Assembly: GCA_964407495.1 (NCBI GenBank)
Contig: CAYOVP010000005.1
Location: forward strand, 905 to 64,904
Source: an uncultured Thermodesulfobacteriota bacterium
GTDB lineage: Bacteria; Desulfobacterota; GWC2-55-46; JADFVP01
Direction of reading: 5' to 3'
DNA: 64,000 nt
In this document: piece by piece, positions 39,397 to 48,641 of the stretch
Layout of the letters: each line of letters starts with the position of its first letter
How positions within the stretch are numbered: the stretch's first letter is position 1
Made by a program: the position numbers and the translations under genes
Notes under the pieces: generated by a model
What the model saw: only the letters and a program-made list of their open reading frames with translations
Databases searched by the model: none
Told to the model about the DNA's origin: nothing

Positions 39397-40875
39397 ATGA
39401 TAAAGAAGACCTCGCGGCTGAGGGTGCCAAACGACCCCGGCTACATAAAGGCCATTACCGCCTACTGTCGAGAACTCTCCCGCAGAATGGGCTTTACGCC
39501 CAAGGAGACAAGGCAGATAAACCGCGCGCTATCGAGCGCTGTCTTCAGCGTCATGACCGAGGCCTACAACCCCTATGAGGACGAATCCTTTGATATCTCC
39601 TTCGAACTGCACGAAGACGGCCTCCAGATAAACATCGATGACATGGGGCTTCCTTTCTCCTTTTCCATGAGCAGGGGGAAGGGGCACGGCGGAGGGCTCA
39701 AGTCCATAGAAAAGAACGTAGACCGCCTGGTCTTTGTAAACAGGGGAAAGAAGGGCAAGGAACTCCAACTCTTCAAGTACCTGAAGGGCCGCCACGTAGA
39801 GGACATCTTCAGCCCAGAGGAACTCCAGCCCTTTGGGTTCTGCGAGTTACCGGCGCGAGACGAGGACCTCGATATCCGCCCCATGCGGCCCGAAGAGGCC
39901 ACCGAGGTCTCGCGGTGCATATACAGGACATACCGTTACACATACCTGAAGGAAGACCTGTACTTTCCAGAACGTATAGAGGCCATGAACCGCGATGGAA
40001 AGATGGTCTCCATTGTAGCGGTCAACAACAAGGGAGAGGTAATAGGCCACTTTGCCATCATGCCCAGGCCCAACGGCAAGGTGGCCGAGATAGGCGTTGC
40101 AGTGGTGGTGCCGCGGTACAGGGGAAGGGGGGTGATGAAAAAGATGCTACTGCGCCTTGTGCAGGAGGCAAAAGACCGCTCGCTCTACGCCCTTTACGGG
40201 AACGCCCTCACCATACACGCCCTGAGTCAGCGCGCCAACCTAAAGTTCGGCTTTCACGAGACAGCCCTCCAACTCGGCTGGATACCACCTGGCTCCACGA
40301 AGATAATAAAGGAGCGGGGGTTAAAGGGTGCCGGTAATATCCTGACCTTTTTCAAGTACTTGAGGGAGACCGACCCCTACCCTGTCTTCATACCGCCGCG
40401 CTACTCCAAGATACTGGAGCGTATCTACACCGGCCTGGGCCTCATGCGCATACTCGAAGACCCCCTGCCCATCACAGCCGCGGTCCTTACAGAGGAATCA
40501 GAGATAAGGCTGAAACTCAAGCCCCTTCACAGGACAGCCATTATAGAGGTCCGCAGGTATGGAAAGGATTTTTACGAGCGCCTCAAGACCAAGACCGAAG
40601 AACTCTGGAAGAAGAACTTCAATGCCCTCTACATGGACCTCGAATTAAAAGACCCCTTTACGCCCGAGGCCGTCTTGATGGCAGGAGACCTCGGCTTTTT
40701 CTTCTCGGGCCTCTTGCCGGACTTCTCTGACGGGGATATCCTCAGGCTCCAGCATTACACGACAACGGTCTGTTACGACGAAATCCATACCTCATCGGCC
40801 TTTGGTGCGGAACTCACGGAGTACATAGGCGCTGAGGACAGGAGGTTTCACCTGCGTGGGGGTGCGGCGGGCTGA
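39397..40875 (+). CDS. Three-domain protein: RsbW/SpoIIAB-like anti-sigma-factor kinase domain, GNAT acetyltransferase domain, unknown C-terminal domain
   Basis: N-terminus resembles HATPase-type anti-sigma kinases ('LRVPNDPGYIKAITAYCRE...EDGLQINIDDMGLPF'). Centre has GNAT motif A 'VVPRYRGRGVMKKMLLRL'. Confidence 0.55.
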   Translation: MIKKTSRLRVPNDPGYIKAITAYCRELSRRMGFTPKETRQINRALSSAVFSVMTEAYNPYEDESFDISFELHEDGLQINIDDMGLPFSFSMSRGKGHGGGLKSIEKNVDRLVFVNRGKKGKELQLFKYLKGRHVEDIFSPEELQPFGFCELPARDEDLDIRPMRPEEATEVSRCIYRTYRYTYLKEDLYFPERIEAMNRDGKMVSIVAVNNKGEVIGHFAIMPRPNGKVAEIGVAVVVPRYRGRGVMKKMLLRLVQEAKDRSLYALYGNALTIHALSQRANLKFGFHETALQLGWIPPGSTKIIKERGLKGAGNILTFFKYLRETDPYPVFIPPRYSKILERIYTGLGLMRILEDPLPITAAVLTEESEIRLKLKPLHRTAIIEVRRYGKDFYERLKTKTEELWKKNFNALYMDLELKDPFTPEAVLMAGDLGFFFSGLLPDFSDGDILRLQHYTTTVCYDEIHTSSAFGAELTEYIGAEDRRFHLRGGAAG

Positions 40876-40950
40876 GAGGCGCGCAATAAAGGCCCGGTCT
40901 AGGACAACCTTGCGGTCAAGGTCTCTGATACTCTGGCTGCGCCCACCACA

Positions 40951-42015
40951 CTACCCGGCCTCTCCCTTGACAAGGGACAGACCAAGGAGGAGCCGTCTCA
41001 TGGCGCCAATAGGGTTGTCTATGATGCCCACGAGCCTGGAACTCTCGTAAAGTTCCCGCAGGGGAAGCCTCGAACGGTGCGCAAAGTATATCTTCCTCCT
41101 GGTGACGCTACTGTCGCGCATCTGCCCCTCACAGAGTCCACCGCCAAACCTTGCCTTGAAAAAGGACAGTCCCTTGAAGGAGTATACCCCGGCGCCCCTC
41201 TCATAGAGAAAACGGAAGATATGTTTCATCAGAAGGGAGTGCCTGTAAGACGAGTCCTCGACCTCGCAGAAGGGCGATAGCCCAAGGGAGAGGACCTCAA
41301 TGCCATCACTTCGAAAGGTCTCTATGGCGCGGCTCATGATGAGGGCGAGCGTTCCTCTGTGAGCGCCATGCCTGGTTCGGAGCGCGCTTGCGAGATACCC
41401 GTAGACCCGGCCGTCCCTGTACATTGGGTCAAAGAAGATGAAACCAACGGCCCGGCCCCTCTCCATGGCAACGAACTTCCTTACGTCAGGCTCCCTTTCA
41501 TACACGGCCCTTCGGACGAGAAACCAGAACTCCCGGTCTCTCACCGTCTTTGTAGACAGCCACTCGTCCGATATCTTCCTGAGTTCTGTCTCCATATCCG
41601 GCCTTCCGTCATACTCGCAGACATGGAGCCCGGCTTCCGCGGCCCTCCTTATCATCCTCCTCATGGACTCCTTGTACCTGCCCCGGTACGTGAATCCGCG
41701 AAGGCAGAGTTCTGTCTCCACGCCCATCTCGTTCATGTAGAACCCGAGTTTCGCAAGGCGCCCCGCGGCCTCTGGCGTCACATGAAGAAAGGCTACGCGG
41801 GGAAACCTCTCGATGAAGGCCCCCACAAGCGCCGGATAATCATCGAGAGAGCAGATGGGGTTGGACAGGGCAAAGGCCATGCCAGAGGAGGCCCTTGCAT
41901 AGGGGATGTAGCCGGTGCCAGGGATCATGAAGTACTCCAACCCATCCTGAAGCGAAGAGTAGGCAGGGCTGTGGGAGCCGTGCTTGATGAGATATTCCCG
42001 GAGTCTGGACTTCAT
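40951..42015 (-). CDS. Hypothetical protein (weak resemblance to GNAT-fold acyl/aminoacyl-transferase domains such as the MprF C-terminal/DUF2156 type)
   Basis: 354-aa ORF with consistent codon usage. Family assignment is only an impression. Confidence 0.4.
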   Translation of the reverse strand: MKSRLREYLIKHGSHSPAYSSLQDGLEYFMIPGTGYIPYARASSGMAFALSNPICSLDDYPALVGAFIERFPRVAFLHVTPEAAGRLAKLGFYMNEMGVETELCLRGFTYRGRYKESMRRMIRRAAEAGLHVCEYDGRPDMETELRKISDEWLSTKTVRDREFWFLVRRAVYEREPDVRKFVAMERGRAVGFIFFDPMYRDGRVYGYLASALRTRHGAHRGTLALIMSRAIETFRSDGIEVLSLGLSPFCEVEDSSYRHSLLMKHIFRFLYERGAGVYSFKGLSFFKARFGGGLCEGQMRDSSVTRRKIYFAHRSRLPLRELYESSRLVGIIDNPIGAMRRLLLGLSLVKGEAG

Positions 42016-42988
42016 CTTCCCTTCCCTCTTGCTTGGTTGAGAGGCATTTTTACATTAAACCACCCATTGGCGGTCTTTTCAAGGGCCTGACGCCGGCCCT
42101 TCGCCCGTACTGCCTGTACGAGGGCCGCAACGGCCCCGGCAGGGTACTGCCTGGGAAATGTATAGAGGCTCCTGTTACCTCGAAGGAAGCCCTCGAAGAA
42201 GCCTCTTCTCATGAAAAAGGGGTATTAGGGCATGGGTAAGGAGATACCTATCATCTGGGGGAACCCCTGAACAATTCATCCCTGCATTATTCAGATATGG
42301 AAAAAAGCGCGGTTTTTTTCCTTCCCACATATCTTCAAGGTCTTGCAGTTCACAAGATTGCGGCGCCTTCGAACGCCGCCGGAGGGTCTGCATCAATCTG
42401 GTCTTCGTGACAAAAGGCCTCTAATGCAAGGGGCTTGGTGTGCGCCAGATCAGGGACCGAGGCCTGCGTGACAAGAGGGCAAGAGACCATTGGGAGGCGT
42501 TCAGATGTAGTTCCCCGGGTAATGATGCGCAGGGGTAGGGGTAGAGATAGAGATAGAGATGGTTGTTGGATCGTTGTCCTCGAGAATGGGTGGGATGTGT
42601 CAGGGATGTGTTCTTGAAGCCGTCTGGCTACTCAAGGGTAATAGAGGCAGAAAGACCGCGCGGCCCGTGGACCGGCCCAGGAAAGTGAACAGGAGGAGAG
42701 ACCGTGGTCTGCGCCCCAGGGTCCATTGCGAAGCGCCCAGAAGGGCCTCCTCGAAGAGGCCCCAAGGCGCCCCGCCCTCCAAGAGACGTACGCCCCGGGC
42801 CTCGCAGGGCCGCCATCAGCCCCCTTTACTTCAAAGGCCCATTCATGGCCCCCCATTCATGGCCCCCATACATCGCCCCCTCCCCCCTCATAGCCCCTTC
42901 AAAACCACCTGTCAGCCCCCCCCGCTCCCTATTGTCTCGCATCGTCTCCTCCAGGGCCCCCTCAGCCCTCCGCCCACATAGGGCCCCA

Positions 42989-43723
42989 TCAGAATCTTCT
43001 CGAAATCCGTGCCCTGCCAAGGGGCCTTGGCCCGCCGTCGAACCAGCCGCTCTCGCGGGCGCTGAAGTGTTCGTCGCGGCCTATGATGATGTGGTCCTGT
43101 ACCACGAGGTCCACGGCGCGGGCGGCGCGGTGGAGCATACCCGTGAGTTGCCGGTCAACTGCAGAGGGAGCAGGGTCGCCACTGGGGTGATTATGGACGA
43201 ATATCATTGAGTGGGCGTTATTGCGAAAGGCCCTCTCAATGACCTTCCTGGGGTATACCACGGTCTGGTTTATCGTGCCCTCGTGGAGGGTCTCGATGGC
43301 AAGGAGTTCGTTACGGGAGTTGAGGAATAGTGCGATGAACTTCTCCACCCTCTCGCCTGAGAGCGAGAGGTTCAGATAGTCAAGGACGTCCTTTTTCGAG
43401 CGTATGACGTCCTTGCCCATTATTCTTTCCCGTAGATAGAGGGCCGCCATCTCTTTCATGAACTTGATGAGTACAACGGCGTTCTCGCTGAGGCCTTCTA
43501 TGGAGCGGAGTTCATCTGCCGGGGCATCGAAGACACCGCGAAGCCCCTTGAAGGCCTTGAGCAGGCGTCTTGCCACAGGCCTTACGTTGCTCCTTGGCAT
43601 AGCGAAGGATAGGACGAACTCTATGATCTCGTGTTTCTGAAAACCATGGAGCGAGGTCTTCATGAACCTTGCCATGAGTTTCTTTCTGTATTCTTTTGCC
43701 GCAGAAGCCCTTCCCGTCATCAA
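42989..43723 (-). CDS. radC: RadC-family JAB/MPN-domain protein
   Basis: 'HNHPSGDPAPSAVD' JAMM-like motif and an N-terminal HhH-like region. Confidence 0.8.
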   Translation of the reverse strand: MMTGRASAAKEYRKKLMARFMKTSLHGFQKHEIIEFVLSFAMPRSNVRPVARRLLKAFKGLRGVFDAPADELRSIEGLSENAVVLIKFMKEMAALYLRERIMGKDVIRSKKDVLDYLNLSLSGERVEKFIALFLNSRNELLAIETLHEGTINQTVVYPRKVIERAFRNNAHSMIFVHNHPSGDPAPSAVDRQLTGMLHRAARAVDLVVQDHIIIGRDEHFSARESGWFDGGPRPLGRARISRRF

Positions 43724-43866
43724 GAGACTCCTTTCATGCTACATCGCCTCCCCCAGCCTCACTGCCCGCGGCATGAGATGGCCCGGCATCTCATGAGACG
43801 GCCAGTATCGAGAGCGCAAATATCCTCCTCATATCCACCATGATACAGGAAGCAAAGGATTTTGTC

Positions 43867-43886
43867 TCCTGTACCAGAGTACAGTT
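43867..43886 (+). promoter_or_regulatory. lux-box-like palindrome upstream of luxI
   Basis: 'tCCTGTAccagagTACAGtt' has the same CTGTA-N6-TACAG core and spacing as the canonical lux box. It lies ~90 bp upstream of the luxI start in an AT-rich stretch. Confidence 0.55.
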
Positions 43887-43977
43887 GAAAATCTTTAATT
43901 CTATAACTTTTCGTTTATATTTTAAACTGTCATGGAAGTCAGTTACGCAACGAAGCGATTCCTGTTAAAAAAGCGCC

Positions 43978-44640
43978 ATGGAACTCATGGTGCAGGAAGA
44001 CAACTTCATCATCAAGACACTCAGCGCACACGAAGAACTTGAAGCAGGCTACAGGCTGAGGCACGAGGTCTTCAGCGAGGAACTGAAGTGGGTGCCAGTC
44101 TCGCCAGACGGCATGGAGGTAGACCGCTATGACAGCGGGCCAGTGAGTTATATCGGGGTATTTGACGAGTGGGGGACCCTCCAGGGCTACGCGCGCCTCA
44201 TTACCTCTCCCAACACCTTCATGATCGACAGGGAGTTCGCCTGTCTCCTGGAGGATGGCATGTGCGTGGAGAAGAGCCCGGACATGGCGGAGATAACGAG
44301 GCTCTGTGTGAGGAAACGTGGGAGAAAGGGAGACCTGGTCATGAGGGTCTCCAACTTCCTTTACAAGGGCATATACCTCTGGAGTACGAAAATGGATATA
44401 AGACACCTCGTAATGGTGGTGGACAACAGGTACTACCGTCTTCTACGCTTTACAGGTTTCCCTGTAAGGACGGTGGGCGACTTCATAGAGATGCCCGACA
44501 GCGTGCGGGCCGCGGTGATAAGGCTTGATTGGAGGGAATTCGATAGGATTGCAGTGGAGAAGAAGCCCGAGTTCTTCCACTGGATATCTACACAACCAGA
44601 CCCCGTTCCATCGCCAGTGCTATTGCGTGGGCTTTATTGA
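43978..44640 (+). CDS. luxI: Acyl-homoserine-lactone synthase, LuxI family
   Basis: 'LRHEVFSEELKWVPVSPDGMEVDRYD' aligns with the LuxI-family signature (R..F...LGW....GME.D.FD). Confidence 0.8.
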   Translation: MELMVQEDNFIIKTLSAHEELEAGYRLRHEVFSEELKWVPVSPDGMEVDRYDSGPVSYIGVFDEWGTLQGYARLITSPNTFMIDREFACLLEDGMCVEKSPDMAEITRLCVRKRGRKGDLVMRVSNFLYKGIYLWSTKMDIRHLVMVVDNRYYRLLRFTGFPVRTVGDFIEMPDSVRAAVIRLDWREFDRIAVEKKPEFFHWISTQPDPVPSPVLLRGLY

Positions 44641-45331
44641 CGGCATTGAGTTTGTGCTCTATGTTCTGAACGTGAAACTTCACGGTCCTCTCGCTGATAT
44701 TCAGTATCATGGATATCTCCCAGTTCGTCTTTCCCTCCTTTACCCATGCAAGGACCTCCCTCTCGCGGGCCGAGAGGTCCATTGTACTCCTTTTCTCAAG
44801 CATGCAGACCCTCTCCAGCGCCATGTGAACATGGGGTACGAGGGCGTTGAGAATTTCCTTGTGATGGTCACGGAAGGAATCATCAGGGCCTGAGAAGGAA
44901 AAGACGCTCATGAGCCCTGTTTTCTGCTCGGTCAACCCGGCGGCAACGCCATAGCGCAGGCCGAAGTCGCCGGCAAGGCGCATGAAGGAGATGGCCTCGT
45001 CCAGGTCTTTTCCGGTTATGGCCTCGTTCCACATGAAACTCGACTCTGCTACGACATTGTGAGATACAATGGGGTCGACACTGTAAAGTTGCCTCTGCGC
45101 GTAGATCCTCATCCACTGCGCAGGGTAATCGAGGTTGTATATCTTCTTTACACCAGTAAGTTTTCCAGAGTTTACGATACCAAGGCCGCAGACCCCATGG
45201 TCTGCCTCAACGAGTTCCTTGATCCTCGCAAGCAACCTCGTAAGGTCGGCATCGTTCCTGCACGCAAGGGACGAGTGTATTATGTCGAGGATCTGGGTTA
45301 GTTCTCTTCGTGAGAAATCCTTGTAAGCCAT
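44588..45331 (-). CDS. luxR: LuxR-family transcriptional regulator (autoinducer-binding plus HTH)
   Basis: C-terminal LuxR HTH 'REREVLAWVKEGKTNWEISMILNISERTVKFHV' and an N-terminal autoinducer-binding domain. Convergent with luxI and overlaps it by 53 nt. Confidence 0.8.
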   Translation of the reverse strand: MAYKDFSRRELTQILDIIHSSLACRNDADLTRLLARIKELVEADHGVCGLGIVNSGKLTGVKKIYNLDYPAQWMRIYAQRQLYSVDPIVSHNVVAESSFMWNEAITGKDLDEAISFMRLAGDFGLRYGVAAGLTEQKTGLMSVFSFSGPDDSFRDHHKEILNALVPHVHMALERVCMLEKRSTMDLSAREREVLAWVKEGKTNWEISMILNISERTVKFHVQNIEHKLNAVNKAHAIALAMERGLVV

Positions 45332-45367
45332 AGGGAGCCTCTCCTGGTTGTTGAGGTACGGGTCTTC

Positions 45368-45964
45368 CTACTGAACCACCCTCCTTCTCGATATAGTGGC
45401 CGGTTGCAGAGGTATCTCGGGCCGCCTATCGCCGGTAATAGCCATGTTCAGGTGTAGTGTGAGGGCGCCGAGAAGTTCCTTGTGCCGCTCGGTGAAGACA
45501 TCTTCTGAGGAGGCGAAGCAAAAGAGGCTGAACATGCCCGTGCCCGGCAGGTAAACGCTCGATGATAGGCCGTATCTGAGCCCATAGGCCGCGGCCCACT
45601 CGGTGACGGCCAGGGAGCGCTCATCATTGGTTTTCTGTCTTATCTCGGACCAGAACGCAGGGGCAGAGAACTGCATGTGGTGACGCATGACAGGGTCGTA
45701 ACGATAGAGGCCTTCCCTGAAGTAGAGGTTAAGCCACTCGCTTGGGTAACCGGAATCTAAGATGGTCTCAATATCCATCTTCCCGTTCTCATAGACCCGT
45801 CCCGTGCCGCAGACGGCAAACTCCGCACCGAGCAGGTCCCGTACTCTCGTAAGGAGAGCCGCTGCCGCGTCCTCTGAGGCACAACGGCTGAGGTCATCGA
45901 TGAGTTCGATGACGCTTATGAGGTCACGCTTTGGCAAGACGCTGGAAATGTTCATGAGAAGCAC
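45368..45964 (-). CDS. LuxR paralog with autoinducer-binding domain only (no HTH)
   Basis: Homologous to the N-terminal domain of the adjacent LuxR. It ends just where the HTH would begin ('...ISRRRVVQ*'). Confidence 0.6.
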   Translation of the reverse strand: MLLMNISSVLPKRDLISVIELIDDLSRCASEDAAAALLTRVRDLLGAEFAVCGTGRVYENGKMDIETILDSGYPSEWLNLYFREGLYRYDPVMRHHMQFSAPAFWSEIRQKTNDERSLAVTEWAAAYGLRYGLSSSVYLPGTGMFSLFCFASSEDVFTERHKELLGALTLHLNMAITGDRRPEIPLQPATISRRRVVQ

Positions 45965-45976
45965 CTCTTCAAGCGA

Positions 45977-46648
45977 TTATAGTGGCCACAAAGAACGGAA
46001 GAGACGTCGTATTCTACCCTTTTTCTCTGGTTTTGTAAAGTGGGGGTGTGTCTTCCTGAACTCTGCCATCTCGTCGCGCCTCATCTCCCTACGCTGGTCA
46101 ACGTTCTTCACTGAGTGGCACTTGAAACAGTTTCGTATGGGAAAGGCCACCCTGTCATGGCACCTGGCGCAGTACCTGCCCTTCCAGATGGCGAGCATGG
46201 AGATGCCGCTTGCACCCGCCTTTTTCCTGAATATCTTGGGATGGCAGGGTGCACAGCCGAGCCACTGGTTGTGGACGGAGTGGGGGAAGATGACATCGGG
46301 CATGAACTTGAGTTTGGCCTTGATGAGTACGTCGTCGTTGAAGGCGGGTGGCGGCGGGGCCGGGCTTCCAGGAAAGGCGTCTCTCGGCTTTATGAGCCCC
46401 TCTTTCAGCGCCTTTGCCCAATCGACGAAACCATACTTGTCCTTTGGGAGGTACTCGAGGGGCTTGACCTGGGGCGTTGGGTCCATGATGCCCCACTTGT
46501 TAAGTTTTACGGTAGTGCCTTTTCGCTCTTCGTAGTGCATGGACGGCCTGTCCACCGGCGCAGGCATGAGAGGCAACTCTTCAGCCACCGCGCCAGCGGC
46601 GGCAAGGAAGGTAAGGCTGATGAGGATATTGAGTATAAAGCGTCTCAT
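45977..46648 (-). CDS. Tri-heme c-type cytochrome (secreted)
   Basis: Signal peptide 'MRRFILNILISLTFLAAAGAVA' and three CxxCH motifs ('CAPCH', 'CARCH', 'CFKCH'). Start placed at an internal ATG and may be off by a base. Confidence 0.6.
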   Translation of the reverse strand: MRRFILNILISLTFLAAAGAVAEELPLMPAPVDRPSMHYEERKGTTVKLNKWGIMDPTPQVKPLEYLPKDKYGFVDWAKALKEGLIKPRDAFPGSPAPPPPAFNDDVLIKAKLKFMPDVIFPHSVHNQWLGCAPCHPKIFRKKAGASGISMLAIWKGRYCARCHDRVAFPIRNCFKCHSVKNVDQRREMRRDEMAEFRKTHPHFTKPEKKGRIRRLFRSLWPL

Positions 46649-46962
46649 GGTCCTTACGTCTGTACATGGTGGTACCGTGCCACTGCGCCGGGGCATACAC
46701 AGGGGTATGGGTCTTTGGCAGAGGTGTAGCAGGTGGTAGCGCCAATCTCCCCCCCACCAAGGCACCTGGGCCATCCTCCATCCAGCGCCAGGGGTCTAGC
46801 CCCCCGGCCTGCACCCCATTACCCGACCCCTTCGAGAGGAAGGCGCGCTGGAGCGGCAGAAAGGCCCATGCCGCGGGCCTGGACACAGAGCCCTCACCAG
46901 GCCGAGTTCCAGATGTCATGACCACCGGATAAAATGGAGAACAAAGCCGTATTATAACGCCT

Positions 46963-48630
46963 TCAGATCTCTATGACAAGGGGAAGTATGACGGGTCTTC
47001 TCTCGATTGTGCGGTTGAAGAACCTTCTAAGTGCCCTCTTTATCTCTTCCTCCACCTCCAACTGCTCGGTCTTGGCCTCTGCGTTGAGTTCTTCCATTGT
47101 CTTGATGACTACCTCGCGGGCCCCCTCGAGGAGTCCGGGGGTCTCGTCCTTGAAGGCAAATCCGCGCGTGATGATATCAGGCCCGAAGATGACGGCACCA
47201 GTGGTCTCGTTTATGGAGAGGAGCGCGATGACCATGCCGTCGCGCGCAAGGTGACGCCTGTCCTTGAGGACCATGTCGCTTGTCTCGCCAAGCCCCTTTC
47301 CGTCCACGAGGACGCGGCCCGAGGTAACGGTGCCAGCCTTGAAGGCGCGGTCCCGGGCAATCTCTATGACATCGCCGTCCTCGGCAACTATGATGTTCTT
47401 TTCAGGAAGGCCCACGGTACGCGCCAGGCGGGCATGCAGAACGAGGTGTCGGTACTCGCCGTGTATGGGCACGAAGAAGCGCGGCCTCGTCATATTGAGC
47501 ATTATCTTCAGTTCTTCCTGGCTCGCGTGGCCCGAGACGTGAATCTCCGAGACCTTCTCGTATATGACCGTGGCGCCCCGGCGGTAGAGGTGGTTCATCA
47601 TTGTGGTAATGGCCTTCTCGTTGCCTGGTATGAGTTTTGACGAGAGTATTACTGTATCACCCTCTTCCACCTTTATCTTCTTGTGGTTGTCCATGGCCAT
47701 ACGCGTAAGCGCGCTCATGGGTTCGCCCTGGCTCCCTGTAGTGAGGAGAAGTACCTTGTTGCGCTCGAGGTCCTTGAGCCTCTTCATGTCCACGATTAGC
47801 CCCTCCGGGGCCTTGAGGTAGCCCAGGCGCATGGCTATATCCACGTTTGTGACCATGCTCCGTCCGTTGAGTATGACCTTTCGCCCGCAACGCACGCAGG
47901 CATCGAAGACCTGCTGCATCCTGTGTATGTGCGAGGCAAAGGTGGCCAGTATCACCCTGCCCGTGGCCGAGGCGAGTATTGCCTCTATGTTGGATCCGAT
48001 CTCCTTTTCCGAGAGGGTATAGCCCGCCTTTTCAACGTTGGTAGAGTCGGAAAAGAGCGCCAGCACCCCGCGCTCGCCATACTCGGAGAAGCGGGCATAG
48101 TCTATGACCTCGCCGTCCACCGGGGTCTGGTCGAGTTTGAAGTCGCCCGTGTGTATGACTACGCCAATGGGCGTGGTGATGGCAAGGGAGCAGCCGTCTA
48201 CAATGGAATGGCTCACGCGGAGAAACTCCACTCTGAAGGGCCCTACGGAGACCGTGTCCCGCGGCCTCACCATCTCGAAGACAACGTCGTCGAGCATGCC
48301 ATGCTCTGCGAGTTTGGCCTCGATGAGCCCGAGCGTAAGGGCCGTGGCGTATACAGGGGCGTTTACTTCCCTCAACACAAAGGGCAGGGCCCCTGTGTGG
48401 TCCTCGTGTCCGTGAGTAATGAAAAACCCCTTCACACGGTCTTTGTTCTCGATGAGGTAGGTGACGTCCGGGATCACGAAGTCTATGCCCAGCATGTAGT
48501 CCTCAGGGAACATTAGACCGCAGTCCACGACGATGATGGTATCTTCATACTCGTAGGCCATCATGTTGAGGCCGATCTCACCGAGCCCGCCAAGGGGCAC
48601 TACCCTGAGCCTTGTCCGACTCTCTTCCAT
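46963..48630 (-). CDS. rnj: Ribonuclease J
   Basis: Metallo-beta-lactamase 'HGHEDHTGALPF', beta-CASP and RNase J C-terminal domain. 555 aa. Confidence 0.9.
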   Translation of the reverse strand: MEESRTRLRVVPLGGLGEIGLNMMAYEYEDTIIVVDCGLMFPEDYMLGIDFVIPDVTYLIENKDRVKGFFITHGHEDHTGALPFVLREVNAPVYATALTLGLIEAKLAEHGMLDDVVFEMVRPRDTVSVGPFRVEFLRVSHSIVDGCSLAITTPIGVVIHTGDFKLDQTPVDGEVIDYARFSEYGERGVLALFSDSTNVEKAGYTLSEKEIGSNIEAILASATGRVILATFASHIHRMQQVFDACVRCGRKVILNGRSMVTNVDIAMRLGYLKAPEGLIVDMKRLKDLERNKVLLLTTGSQGEPMSALTRMAMDNHKKIKVEEGDTVILSSKLIPGNEKAITTMMNHLYRRGATVIYEKVSEIHVSGHASQEELKIMLNMTRPRFFVPIHGEYRHLVLHARLARTVGLPEKNIIVAEDGDVIEIARDRAFKAGTVTSGRVLVDGKGLGETSDMVLKDRRHLARDGMVIALLSINETTGAVIFGPDIITRGFAFKDETPGLLEGAREVVIKTMEELNAEAKTEQLEVEEEIKRALRRFFNRTIERRPVILPLVIEI

Positions 48631-48641
48631 TTGTTCTTCCT

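Noticed and set aside
40951-42015. Idea that this hypothetical protein is the missing MprF C-terminal (aminoacyl-PG synthase) partner of HpnL
   Set aside because: Only a vague GNAT/DUF2156-like impression without diagnostic motifs, and it lies 25 kb from hpnL. Kept as a hypothetical protein.
42545-42880. Possible CRISPR array or minisatellite ('gagatagagatagagat', 'cccattcatggcc' x2)
   Set aside because: Repeat units are 5-13 nt with no regular repeat-spacer periodicity and no cas genes nearby. Reported instead as a low-complexity noncoding region.
42559-43210. Proline-rich ORFs 42559-42981 + and 42704-43210 +
   Set aside because: Low-complexity, no start context, frame created by the C-rich run. 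They overlap the 3' end of radC on the other strand.
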